From positions 21,638,001-21,702,000 of the forward strand of contig OX597820.1 in NCBI GenBank assembly GCA_951406725.2: 64,000 nucleotides of DNA, given 5' to 3'. The DNA is from Octopus vulgaris (taxonomy: Eukaryota). A program made the translations under genes and the position numbers. Positions within the stretch are counted from its first letter, which is position 1. Each line of letters starts with the position of its first letter. Positions 12,732 through 25,204 of this stretch are shown in pieces. Under the pieces are notes generated by a model. That model made no database searches. It had not been told where the DNA came from and was given only the letters and a program-made list of their open reading frames with translations.

Positions 12732-13724
12732 AGTGATACACATACATGCATACAAACATATATACACACAGACACACACACACACACATATATTTACTGG
12801 TACATTACCTATACCCAACTCTCATTTGTTTGGACTCCGTCCCTTCGTTCGACATTGAGAATTACATATCTGGTTCGGTTTAAACACTAACCGTTTGTAT
12901 CCACAATCTTTATTAGACATCTTTTTTCTGTCATATTCTCACCCGTTGCATATGTGTTTGAATGTGTATGAGTGTGTTAAAATGCGTGAGATGTATGTTT
13001 GTGTATACGTACGTGTGTGTGTGTGTGTGTGTATAGATATATTCATACACACAAACAAACACATACACACACATATAAACTTCATTTATACAAACTTCAT
13101 TTCATATAAAATTCATTTTCTGTATCTGATTAGTGCTGAACTGACCCCCGACTTTAGTTAAAACAGTTTTCATGTGATGCTGAAAGGCACACGTTTCACA
13201 CATTTTTCTGATCCCAATATAGGCACGCTGCCAACGAACATCGCATCGCATTAATGTCCTATCGGTTAGAGACCTGTGGAGCCAGCCTGATATTATGTAG
13301 GAAACGTGTACTGACTGCAACGTATGCATAAGAATATTTAGAGACAATATATGTAGTATATCAAAATATTGCCTTTTATTTGAAACTGATAAGGAATATT
13401 CAGATTAAATTCTTACAGACACAATGCTGCTCAGACTGACACGCTCATAGACCACACATCTCCACAAACATACACCCACATAATTTTTTGCTTTTTTGCA
13501 TGTTGACTGCAGTTATGATGGGGCAACGCCTTGAAAAAATTTTTAGTCGAATGAATGGGCCCCAATACTTTTATGTTTTTTAAGCTTGGTACTTATTGTA
13601 TGAATGTCTTTTACCGGACCACTAGCTTGTGGAGACGTAAACACACTAACACCGTTTGTCAAGCGGTGATGGGGGTCAAACACAAACAGAAACGTACAAA
13701 CACATACACACACACGCATTAACG

Positions 13725-14267
13725 TGCCGTCCAAGAATTTGGACCTGGAGATCTCCAGTTCCAGCGACTTCGAGGGCCACCTCCCAGTGGTGTCGGACGT
13801 CAACGAAGAGCCCTCGACTACAACAAGATGACCAAAGTTTTTTTTTTCAAGGTCTGAAGTCTCCCGCCCCTAAGCCCTAGACCATCACCTAAACACCCTT
13901 ACCCGTCTTGTTGCTTAACAACAACAACGATAACAACACATTAACTTGTCTTCTATGCTGCCCCGCTCTATTTACCACATATATGTCAGAAAGTTCACTC
14001 CTCTCTAAACATTTGTAAACTCCTTTCTCAGTGATCTTAACAAGTATATGATAACTTCCTAAGTGTCATTTGTATAACTTCTTTATTTTTCCACATTCGC
14101 CTGACCAGATGAACACAGATCACATCTAATATACTTAGCGGTATTTCGTCCGGTATTTGGTCGTCTTGTTGTAGTCGAGGGCTCTTCGTTGACGCCCGAC
14201 ACCACTGGGAGGTGGCCTTCGAAGTCGCTGGAAATGGAGATCTCCAGCTCCAAATTCTTGGACGGCA
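13725..14267. repeat. 112-bp GC-rich inverted repeat (13725-13836 / 14156-14267)
   Basis: The arms are reverse complements with a few substitutions; ~320-bp spacer. Confidence 0.9.
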
Positions 14268-14650
14268 GAAACGTTAGCACGCCGGGCGAAATGCTTTGTG
14301 GTATTTCGTCTCCCGTTACGTCCTGAGTTCAAATTCCACCGAGGTCGACTTTGCCTTTCATCCTTTCGGGGTCGATTAAATAAGTACCGGTTACGCACTG
14401 GAGCCGATATAATCGACTTAATCTGTTTGTCGGTCCTTGTTTGTCATCTCTGTGTTTAGCCCCTTGTGGGTAGTAAAGAAATGGGTATTTCGTCCGTCTT
14501 TACGTTCTGAGTTCAAATTCTGCTGAGGCCGGCTTTGCCTTTGGTCCTTTCGGTGCCAATAAAATAAGTACCAGTTGAACACTGGGGTCGATGTAATCGA
14601 CTAGCCCCCTCCCCCCAAATTGCTGGCATGTGCCAAAATTTCAAAATATT
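14265..14650 (+). mobile_element. Group B SINE, dimer-like
   Basis: A complete B body and tail is followed by a restart at GTATTTCGTC and a second body with a different tail. Confidence 0.85.
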
Positions 14651-15377
14651 ATTGCATAACCGTTTATATTCATGATGCGTCTAAACTATGCGTTTTTGAA
14701 ACGATGGTACTGAACGATCAGGTGTTATACTCTCACCTCTGTACTTGGACTTACTATTTATATGAATGCAAGCGTGTGTGGTTTAACCTAGCATTATTTC
14801 TAGATTATATATATGAACGGTAAACGGATATCCTACTCAAAATTGAACCAATTTTCTTTTGTTCTGGATGTTTTTGCATATTTCTTTTTTCCTTTTTCTG
14901 ATGTTGCCAGAATGAGAAATTATGACAAAAATCGCAATTTCCTTTCTTTTTCGCATTGTTTCAGAAATATGGTTCCAGGTAGGCAACGCTATATTTAGAG
15001 AAGTTATTTGCAATTAGTTATAAAGGATTCGAATTCTTAGATAGAAATTGTTTGGACAAAGAATTAAAATCGGTTCGGAGGATGAAAGAGAGGGAAATGT
15101 GGATGCCATATATATCAATATGAAGTAATAGATCGCTCTGATAACCTTTATGTAAGAATGTCTTAAAATCTAAACAAAACATACCAGGTTTTTGCCTAGC
15201 TTCTCAACATAGTCTAGTGGAAGTAACAGCAATTTGGCAAAGCTATATTTAGGCAAGTAGTTATTCGCAATTAGTTACAAAGAATTCGAACTCTCGTGTA
15301 TAATTCTCTCGCCGAAGAATTAGAATCTACATCAAAATGAAAAAACAAAAAAAGATTCATACATACATACACACACA

Positions 15378-15448
<71 letters not shown>

Positions 15449-15588
15449 CAGTGTATATTTAAACACATGAGGAATCCACTTGTGGGATTCAACACGCTAG
15501 AATGAACAGCTAGGTTCCATAACCCAAAAATTAGGGATAAAATTCGACAGGAACGAAATGAAAAAATAAAAACATTTTACCATCTAGT

Positions 15589-15670
15589 TTCCTGGACCAA
15601 CTGGTTTCTGATTTTAGTTTAGCAAGTAAAATAACATATACTCGTTAGGTGAAATCGTCCTCAGCAGGAA
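15589..15670 (-). ncRNA. Type I hammerhead ribozyme motif, intact core
   Basis: Minus strand: TTCCTG CTGAGGA c-GATTT..AAATC-a GAAAC CAGTTG GTC CAGGAA. Perfect 6-bp stem I, long stem II, ACCA/TGGT stem III, GUC site. Confidence 0.8.
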
Positions 15671-15831
15671 CACCTTGGGTTAAATGTATAAACACGAGGC
15701 GATCAAACTTTGTGCCTCTTGTTTATACATCCTAATTTTTTCAAAATCTACTGCGCAGCCGCAGCCCTTCGCCGGCAATAAAAAAAAATGCCAACTTTTA
15801 AAATCCGAAAATTATCCAAAAATTATATGTA

Positions 15832-16085
15832 TTGGGTTGGCGCATAATTATTGCGGCTTTTTTTTTTCACCAAATTTTATTCAACAAAAACAATAACAGC
15901 ATGTAATAAAAACATCTTCAAATGATTGTTCCGGAGCATATTCACCGTTTACTTCAATTACTGCTTCTCATTTGCTTGGCAGATGGTCAGACCGTCATTT
16001 AAAGATGTTTGTGTTAAATATTGTTATTGTTGTTGCTGAATAAAATTTGTTGAAAAAAAGCAGCAATAATTATGCACCAACCCAA
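15832..16085 (-). mobile_element. Mariner-derived MITE
   Basis: TA|TTGGGTTGGCGCATAATTATTGC..GCAATAATTATGCACCAACCCAA|TA with ~90-bp imperfect TIRs. The core encodes the transposase C-terminus DHLPSK*EAVIEVNGEY on the minus strand. Confidence 0.85.
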
Positions 16086-16094
16086 TATATATAC

Positions 16095-16142
<48 letters not shown>

Positions 16143-16610
16143 AGGGAGGAAGGGCGTGAGAGGAAAGAGTGAGAGAGAGTAGAGAAACAAAAATAGAGTG
16201 CTTAAATAGAGTGTTACGCGCGTTTCTATAACGTTCTCATTTATTCAGTAATACATATTACATAATATCATATATCTTAATATTAACACTCAACTACACT
16301 GTTTCATCTGGTAATAATGGTTCGAATTTTGGCACAAGGCAAGCAATTTCGGAGGATGGGTAAACCGATTACATTGACCCCCAGTGATCAAGTGGTACTT
16401 ATTTCATCGACCCCGAATGGATGTCGACCTCGGTGGAATTTGAACTCAGGATGTAAAAAAACGGACAAAATGCCGGCAAGCATTTTTCCCGATGTGCTAA
16501 CGATTCTACCAGCTCACCGCAAAATTTAATCTGGTATTATTGAGCCTTTTACTAGCATAATCAAGCTGTTTGATTTTTACAAGTAATGTGCTCAATATAG
16601 CTTGATGGAA

Positions 16611-17389
16611 AGGCGGCGAGCTGGCAGAAGCGTTAGCACGCCGGGCGAAATGCGTAGCCGTATTTCGTTTGCCGTTACGTTCTGAGTTCAAATTCCGCCG
16701 AGGTCCACTTTGCATGTCATCCTTTCGGGATCGATTAAATAAGTACCAGTTACGCACTGGGGCCGATATAATCGACTTAATCCGTTTTTCTGTCCTTGTT
16801 TGTCCTCTCTGTGTTTAGCCCCTTGTGGGTAGTGTCTTTACGTTCTGAGTTCAAATTCCGCTCAGTTTGACTTTGCTTTTCATCCTTTCGGGATCGATAA
16901 ATTAAGTACCATTTGAGTACTGGGGTCGATCTAATCGACTAGCCCCCTCCCCTAAAATTTCCGTTCTTGTGCCCAGAGTAGAAAAGAATATAGTTTGATA
17001 GAAAAGGCAGCGAGCTGGCAGAAACGTTAGCACGCCGGGCGAAATGCCTAGCGGTATTTCGTCCGCCGTTACGTTCTGAGTTCAAATTCCGCCGAGGTCG
17101 ACTTTGCTTTTCATCCTTTTGGGATCGATTAAATAAGTACTGGGGTCGATATAATCGACTTAATCGGTTTGTCTGTCATTGTTTTTCCTCTTTATGTTTA
17201 GCCCCTTGTGGGTAGTAAAGAAATGGGTATTTCGTCTGTCTTTATGTTCTAAGTTCAAATTCCGCTGAGTTTGACTTTGCTTTCATCCTTTCTGGGTCAA
17301 TAAATTAAGTACCAGTTGCGTACTGGTGTCGATCTAATCGACAGGCGCCCTCCTCCAAAATTTCGAGCCTTGTGCCTTGAGTAGTAAAG
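16611..17389 (+). mobile_element. Two tandem dimer-like group B SINEs
   Basis: Units 16611-16986 and 17004-17389, separated and flanked by three variants of AATATAGCTTGATGGAA. Confidence 0.85.
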
Positions 17390-17446
17390 AATATTGCTTG
17401 ATGGAATAGTGTCTAATAATATAAAGTTATGCCATATTATGCATTG

Positions 17447-17745
17447 GTGGAGGCACATGGCCAAGGGGTTAGAGCAGTGGACTCGCGGTCGAGGGATCGC
17501 GGGTTCGAATCTCAGACCGGGCGATGTGTGTGTTTATGAGCGAAACACCTAAGCTCTACGCGACTCCGGCAGAAGGTAATGACGAACTTCTGCTGACTCT
17601 TTCGCCACAACTTTCTCTCACTCTTTCCTCTTGCAACTCACCTGCGATGGACCGACGTCCCGTCCAGGTGGGGAACCTATACGCCAAGGAAACCGCGAAA
17701 CCGGCCCTTATGAGCCAGGCATGGCTCGAGAAGGAACAAACAACA
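17447..17745 (+). mobile_element. Group A SINE (head 1, tail ..CTCGAGAAGGAACAAACAAC)
   Basis: TSD ATATTATGCATT at 17434-17445 and 17746-17757. Confidence 0.9.
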
Positions 17746-17976
17746 ATATTATGCATTACTGAATTAATGACTACTCTATAGAAACGTGCGTAGCAAAATT
17801 TTAGATATCCATGTTCCTTTACTATATTATACACTTTGTAATTACGTGTAGCCATGAGCTTTCGAGTTCGCTCCCACTGCTTGGCACCTTGGGCAAATGT
17901 AACGTTCTATAATCTCGGTTCAACCTACATCTTTTGAAGGAAATTGCATATATGGAAACTGTACAGAAGCCCATTA

Positions 17977-18233
17977 AAAAATAAATGCGTCCTTTTAAAG
18001 CCTAGCCACGCTCATGGGCCCGGTTTCCCGGTTTCTATGGCGTATGTGTCCACCAGCTGGACGGGACGCCTGTCCATCGCAGCGTTACTCATTTTTGCCA
18101 GCTGAGGTGACTGGAGCAACGGGAAATGAAGTGTTTTGCTCAAGAGCATAACGCGTCGCCTGGTCCAGGAATCGAAATCACAATCTTACGATCATGGTCT
18201 TGACACCGTAACCACTAAGCCATGCGCCTCCAC
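17977..18233 (-). mobile_element. Group A SINE nested in a decayed group C copy
   Basis: TSD GAAGCCCATTA at 17966 and 18239. Confidence 0.85.
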
Positions 18234-19289
18234 ATACTGAAGCCCATTAGATGGATTATATTGTGTCAAACTGATTCTGATTGAGAATTATAATCATCCT
18301 CTTACACGTTAGTTTACGGGTAATTCAATGGAACAATTGATTGAACAACTCAAACCTCATCACCGAACGACGTAGACCCACCATCATGAAAACAGCATAT
18401 GCACCGTGTATGTACCAAAGATATCTCCACGGGGGTCCTATGTAGTAAATCATAACCACCTTCTCATAAAATACAGCTTTTGATTTACAGAAATATCTAT
18501 CGTGATGTGTAATAGTCGTACGGTGAGCATCGGTTACGAATGGAGAGGGGAAGGAGGACGATGTGTAAATGCAAATCTCATTGACTGAGATGGCAGTTAG
18601 CTCTCCCTTGCAACGCCGTCATTATAACGTGCTACTGAAAAAAATATTAGTACCTAGAAATGTAAGTCAAATGAACACAAATACTCGGTCGTTAGTGATG
18701 TGACAACGCTGATTATACAAAGGCAGACGTGCTAACAACAGGGTATCTATATCGTCATCCGATAAGCTAGAAATAGCAACTAAATTTTCCTCATATCAGA
18801 CCCTGTGTTAAAAAAAGAAAATTTCACGCACTAGAAAGTTAAAATTTGGGTCATAACGTATAACGTAATCCAGATTACATTATAATTCGTAATGCTAATG
18901 GTTGATATTCCTTTGCCTTCCATCACATATCTACTAAATGATAGTTGACCTGTGGTGGGTAAAGATTTTTATCAAGTCCGATTTAGATTTTGTGTTGTTT
19001 ATTTTTGGTATACACTAGTTTGTAGCCAGCTCCAGGCATAGAGAGATGTTCCCCAATCAAAATTGAGTCCGTGACCCAGTTTCAGTTCTTTAGTGTTAGG
19101 AAAAGACTGAACGTCACTGAATCTTTTTTATCTTGAATGAATCAAATATCTGACCTAGATACACACGTATAGAGACACACACAAACACACACACACACCA
19201 ATATATATATATACCTACATTAGACAGATAGCAGAAACCTTACATTTAAAAAAATTGGGATGTTGTGGTGTTCAGTATATATATATTGT

Positions 19290-19686
19290 CTGTGTGGTAA
19301 GTAGCTTACTTACGAACCACATGGTTCCAGGTTCAGTCCCACTGCGTGGCACCTTGGGCAAGTGTCTTCTACTATAGCCTCGGGCTGACCAAAGCTTTGT
19401 GAGTGGATTTGGTAGACGGAAACTCAAAGAATCCCGTCGTATATATGTATATATGTATGTGTGTGTATATGTTTGTGTGTTTGTGTTTGTCCCCCACCAC
19501 CACCACCAAACATCGCTTGACAACCGATGCTGGTAGGTTTACGTCCCCGTAACTTAGCGGTTCGGCAAAAGCGACCGGTAGAATAAGTGCTAGGCTTACA
19601 AAGAGAATAAGCTCTGAGGTCGATTTGCTCGAGTAAAGGCGATACTCCAGCATGGCCGCAGTCAAATGACTGAAACATGTAAAAGA

Positions 19687-19688
<2 letters not shown>
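19290..19688 (+). mobile_element. Group C SINE
   Basis: Matches the 11045 and 25000 copies. Confidence 0.9.
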
Positions 19689-19732
<44 letters not shown>

Positions 19733-20102
19733 TCTTTTACATGTTTCAGTCATTTGACTGCGGCCATGCCAGTAGGACCGCAACTATTCCTGGATTTTCC
19801 TGAAGATAAAGCTGCAAAATGGTCTCCTTATTCAATCCAAATTCGGGACTTTGCAGCCTTTGAAACATATGTAGAAAATAATAAAAAGGAATTTTGTAAA
19901 ATCTTCGTTCAGCTCCATTTCTTCCCTCACTAATATATAAAACTTCAAATTTCCGCACTAAGGCACGGTTTTGAGACCCCATGGTCGTAACCTCAACCGT
20001 GATTTTTTTGTTGTGATTTTTGCTACCCAGGTATCGGTTATAATTTGAATAATCCGTAACAAGATAATTCATTTATCCATTTCAATAAAAAAAAATTTTT
20101 TT

Positions 20103-20190
<88 letters not shown>

Positions 20191-20478
20191 GATGCACGAC
20201 CATGCACGAAAGGGGATGGTTTGTCATTAGGATAACAAACGACAGCATATGTTATCGAATTCAAAGTAACTGAACAACGGAAGTAGTCACCGGAAGTATT
20301 TAAACTCATAACTATAATTACCCATTACATCAAAAAACATGGCTCAACTATTACGATTGACTCTTAAACGGTGACATAAATAATTCTTTCTACTCTAGAC
20401 AGAAGGCCTGAAATTTTATGCTTAGACAATGTGTGTATGTGTGTGTGAATATGTATGTATCTGTGTATGTATGTATAC

Positions 20479-20548
<70 letters not shown>

Positions 20549-20655
20549 AACCGATATCTTATTTAGGAAATAAAAGTGATGCTGTGGTGTTCATCGACAT
20601 CACTGCTCAACTGAAACTTATTTTACTGACCTCAGGAGGATTAAAGGCAAAGTCG

Positions 20656-20979
20656 ATTTTTTTTATTTCCCACAAGGGGGACAACATAGATAAGGGACAA
20701 TACAATCTGATTGGGGTCAGATGGACGAATGGATATAACATAAAGATGACATTAAACATTCACAAAAATATAAATAAATCGAATGAGAGGACAGACCAGA
20801 AGACATTACGGATGGAGTGGGGAAAGTGGGGAAGCGGGTTCAATTCGGACCCCACGAGCCCTGCCGTCGCATTCATGGGGCTACATTCACTCGCAACATC
20901 CGTGCTACATTCTTCCATCGATTTTCAAACATTTTCACAGTCAGGCATTTTTCTCTCAAGCCCTATCTTCCTTTTAAGG
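20656..20979 (-). mobile_element. 5'-truncated LINE 3' end (Tx1/L1-like by appearance) inserted in a group B SINE
   Basis: 18-bp TSD GGATTAAAGG(C/T)AAAGTCG (20638-20655, 20980-20997); A-rich tail; encodes LKRKIGLERK/CLTVKMFENRWKNVARMLRVNVAP* with one frameshift. Confidence 0.65.
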
Positions 20980-21717
20980 GGATTAAAGGTAAAGTCGGCC
21001 TCGGTGGTATTTGAACTGACAACGTACAGAGCTGAAAGAATTGCAGCTAAGCGTGCCAGCTCGCCGTTGCCTTGACATATATAAATAATAACAGAAAATG
21101 TTATGAATTATTTTAAATTTTTAAAAATTACATAACAAAACAAAAACATCCACTTACCAAACTTTGAGTTTTGCAATAAAATCAATAATTAATCGAATGT
21201 CTTTCGCAGTTGATATCAGCAGGTATTTTTTATTTATTTTTTTTCCAGTGTCGCTTGAGGATTTACCAATATTTAAAAACAGAAAAAAACTTAAACTAGA
21301 TGAAAAGACAGAAGAACGAGAGGTAAAAAAGAGAAAAAAAATTAGGAGATAAGTGGGTGATGACTTATAGCAGACGACCCCATTGCTGTTAGCAAAAGAA
21401 TACTAAGAGAAAAAAGAGAGAAAAAACAGACGTTACTTGCCGGAAGAGAAGAACAAACAAGCTACTACGCTGACGCCAGCTTCAGTTTAAGCAAATAGGT
21501 GAATCCTGCGAGATGCTAAGATTACGAGTTGGGGTGAGGAAGTGGGATCACCGCAGCCCCGTCTAGCAGTTTCACATTAATTTGAGGTAGTAGCTGATTG
21601 TATTTTACAGCAAAAATGATATCAACATAGGAGTAACTTTTTGCTTTCGAAATATAACCAGATATATTTACACAAGAAGTAACTTTATTTCATGCATGCA
21701 TGCATACATACATGCAT

Positions 21718-21789
<72 letters not shown>

Positions 21790-21791
<2 letters not shown>

Positions 21792-22001
21792 TTTTATTTG
21801 TTTCAGTCATTTGACTGCGACCATGCTGGAGCACCGCCTTCAATCGAGCAAATCGACCCCAGGACTTATTCTTTGTAAGCCTAGTACTTATTCTGTCGGT
21901 CTCTTTTGCCGAACCGCTAAATGATGGGGACGTAAACACACCACCATCGGTTGACAAGCGATGTTGGGGGGACAAACACGGGTACACAACATATACATAC
22001 A

Positions 22002-22092
<91 letters not shown>

Positions 22093-22250
22093 GACGGGAT
22101 TCTTTCAGTTTCCGTCTGCCAAATCCACTCACAAGGCTTTGGTCGGCCCAAGGCTATAGTAGAAGGCACTTGCCGAAGGTGCCACGCAGTGGGACTGGAC
22201 CCAGAACCATGTGGTTGGTAAGCAAGTTACCACACAGCCACTCCTGCGCG
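21790..22250 (-). mobile_element. Group C SINE
   Basis: Full-length match to other C copies. Confidence 0.9.
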
Positions 22251-22494
22251 CACACAACTTCTTTTAGGCATTTCGTGACTAATAACCTGGTGTGGAACTC
22301 TCAGTACACACATGCTTCAGAACAAAATGTTAGACGAGTATAGAGTGATAATAAGAAAATGAGATGACAAAGGAATAAGTGATTATCCTATGAACTTCAT
22401 TAGCTTACAGCTGTTTCTGCTATGAGATGCAGTGGACTCATTGATGAGTGCCTGAGTAACACATAGCTTCATCAGAGCCTCGAATGTGAAGTGC

Positions 22495-22573
<79 letters not shown>

Positions 22574-22648
22574 TATATATATATATATATATATACAAAG
22601 AGAGAGAGAGAGAGACATAGATAGATAAACAGATAGACAGGCAGGCAA

Positions 22649-22736
<88 letters not shown>

Positions 22737-22801
22737 GCAGGTAGGTAGACAGACAGATAGATAGATAAAAGAAAATGGAATTAACGAGATTCTTTACTCA
22801 A

Positions 22802-22906
22802 AATCGCTACAATAGTTTCGATGCATTCTCGCACTTGTTCATAGTTGAGAGGTTGTGCAGTCATTATCTTATATATCGAGTTTAGAATGCACCTCTTCAG
22901 GTGACT
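22802..22906 (-). ncRNA. Type I hammerhead ribozyme motif, intact core
   Basis: Minus strand: AGTCAC CTGAAGA GGTGCATTCT..AGAATGCATC GAAAC tatt GTA GCGATT. 10-bp stem II, GUA site, stem I 5/6 paired; adjacent to (GATA)n. Confidence 0.78.
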
Positions 22907-23162
22907 GTTTAAACAAGCTCCTCACTATCTACCCCCGCCATTTCACTCAGTTTAATGTGTACCCAGAGCGCTGTGTCGTTCTAGCAGTTGACAGACAGAA
23001 CTGTCTGTGACTGCTAGAATATAGCTATAATTTATAGCTTGTAATAGTGTTCTTTGTTTAAAGAAAACACGTAGTTTCCGTCCATTAAATTCCCTCACAA
23101 AGCTTGTTCAAATCCGGGCAATAATAAACGACACTTGCCCAAAGTGTCACGCAGTGGTACTG

Positions 23163-23418
23163 ATCATCATCATCATTGTTCGACCGTGGTCGAGACAATG
23201 GAATTTACTATGCTACGCCAGACTTCACGGTCCATCATAGCATTACGGAGGCCCTGCTGCTGGATGCCTGTATCCCTGGAGATTACATCAGGGTAGGAGA
23301 GTGTGCGCCCTCTGGTATCGCGAGTAGATGGCTTCCAGAGGAGAAGAGCAGAAATTACCTCGTTTTCAGCTCTACAACAATGTCCAGCAAACTGGACTCT
23401 TCTACCACGTGACTGCAA
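23163..23418 (-). pseudogene. RTE-clade LINE 3' end
   Basis: RRVQFAGHCCRAENEVISALLLWKP..RGR..AMMDREVWRSIV is a typical RTE ORF C-terminus, followed by a (TGA)n tail. Confidence 0.8.
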
Positions 23419-24200
23419 CTACGTGGCGCCAACTACGAAGTCAGTTTGCAGCCAATCATTTATATCACAGGTTATAAGTACCTTACGTTTTCTCTTATCT
23501 ACTGAGCATCAGGAATATGTTCTATTTCGTTTATCTTCTTCAGTAATAACCTGCACTATTCTTTTACGATTATTGCCTACAATTTAATGACTATGATTGT
23601 GTTGTCTTCATGTCAAATATCTTGTTTTCCCCCGTGGCTGTTTTAAAACGCACGAGTGTCTCTATGCGATTGTATGTGAGTGAGATGTAATATATTGCTA
23701 GATCTGAATTCATTTCAACAGTCTGCGTCGACTTACGCAACGTTTCTCCAATCTATCTTATCTTTTGATGTTGATAACTTTTACACAATAATCATTGGTA
23801 TCATTATCAAATTTGTTGTTGCGGTTTTCTACTCTTAGAAGACGTTGCCAAGGGACTGAACTCCTGATAGTTTACCCGTTTTTAGCATCTCTCGAGAAAA
23901 GTACAGTGAATAAATTTTTTATTACGGCAGATCTGTTACAGGAATTGAACTGTAATATGAAACCGAAAGACACGTTAATTATGCAGAATACGTAAATTCC
24001 TGTCGGGAAACAGAATTATTCTCATCTTGCTGGTTTGTGCAACGTACTCAAAGGGATTGTTGAGGAGATTATCATCGTGGTTTCGGCTTCAATGCCACTG
24101 CGCACTACATTGGGCAAGTGTCTTCTCTTGTAGGCTCAGGCTTGATCAATGACTATAGACAGAAATAGTGTGGAAATCCATTGTATGTATGTATATATAA

Positions 24201-24432
24201 AGGCGGCGAGCTGGCAGAAACGTTAGCAAGCCGGGCGAAATGCTTAGCGGTATTTCGTCTGCCGCTATGTTCTGAGTTCAAATTCCGCCGAGGTCGACTT
24301 TGCCTTTCATCCTTTCGGGGTCGATTAAATAAGTACCAGTTACGCACTGGGGTCGATATAATCGACTTAATCCGTTTATCTGTCCTTGTTTGTCCTCTCA
24401 GTGTTTAGCCCCTTGTGGGTAGTAAAGAAATA
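24201..24432 (+). mobile_element. Group B SINE nested in the microsatellite of a decayed group C copy
   Basis: Full-length B flanked by TGTATGTATGTATATATA repeats, with C-derived sequence on both sides. Confidence 0.88.
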
Positions 24433-24465
24433 TGTATGTATGTATATATACATACATACATATAC

Positions 24466-24498
<33 letters not shown>

Positions 24499-24999
24499 TA
24501 TATATATATAGTGTGTATGTGTTTGTACATGTGTGTATGGGAGGGGGTTTGTGCTTGTCCCTCCCCCACTGCTTAACAACTGGCGTTGGTCCTTTTACTT
24601 TCTCGTGGCATAACAGCTAGGAGAAAGACCCTAAAAATAATAAGTGCTGATATCATTTGATCGACCAAAACCTTCAAAGCGGTGCCCCAGCATGACCGCA
24701 GTCCAATGTCTAAAACAAGTACAATAGTAAAAGAATACAAGAATAAAAGAATACAATTTACGCACTTAATTGCAGTTACGTTTCTTTTGTTTATAAAACG
24801 TCGGTGCACAATTCGTGTCATGCGACGAACCTCTGAAGAATCTTATTAGAAAATGTTTACACTCCGTTCCCTGTCTTGGCTCCATATCTTATCTTCCGCG
24901 CATCTTTCTATTATAGCATTACTCATAAGTGTAAATCTTTAAAAAGTATGCAAAAAAAAAAGAGAACATTTGAAGGGTATAATATATGCAGAAAGCATT

Positions 25000-25171
25000 A
25001 GGCGCAGGAGTGGCTGTGTGGTAAGTAGCTTGCTTACCAACCACATGATTCTGGGTTCAGTCCCACTGCGTGGCACCTTGGGCATGTGACTTCTACTATA
25101 GCCTCGAGCCGAACAAAGCCTTGTGAGTGGATTTGGTGGACGGAAACTGAAAGAAGTCCGTCGTATATATG

Positions 25172-25204
<33 letters not shown>

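Noticed and set aside
20277-20300. Paired CGGAAGTA (ETS-like) sites suggesting a promoter
   Set aside because: Short motifs with no gene or other supporting evidence.
21583-21604. TGAGGTAGTAG, the first 11 nt of let-7
   Set aside because: It continues CTGATTGTATT rather than GTTGTATAGTT, and there is no complementary star arm; likely chance.
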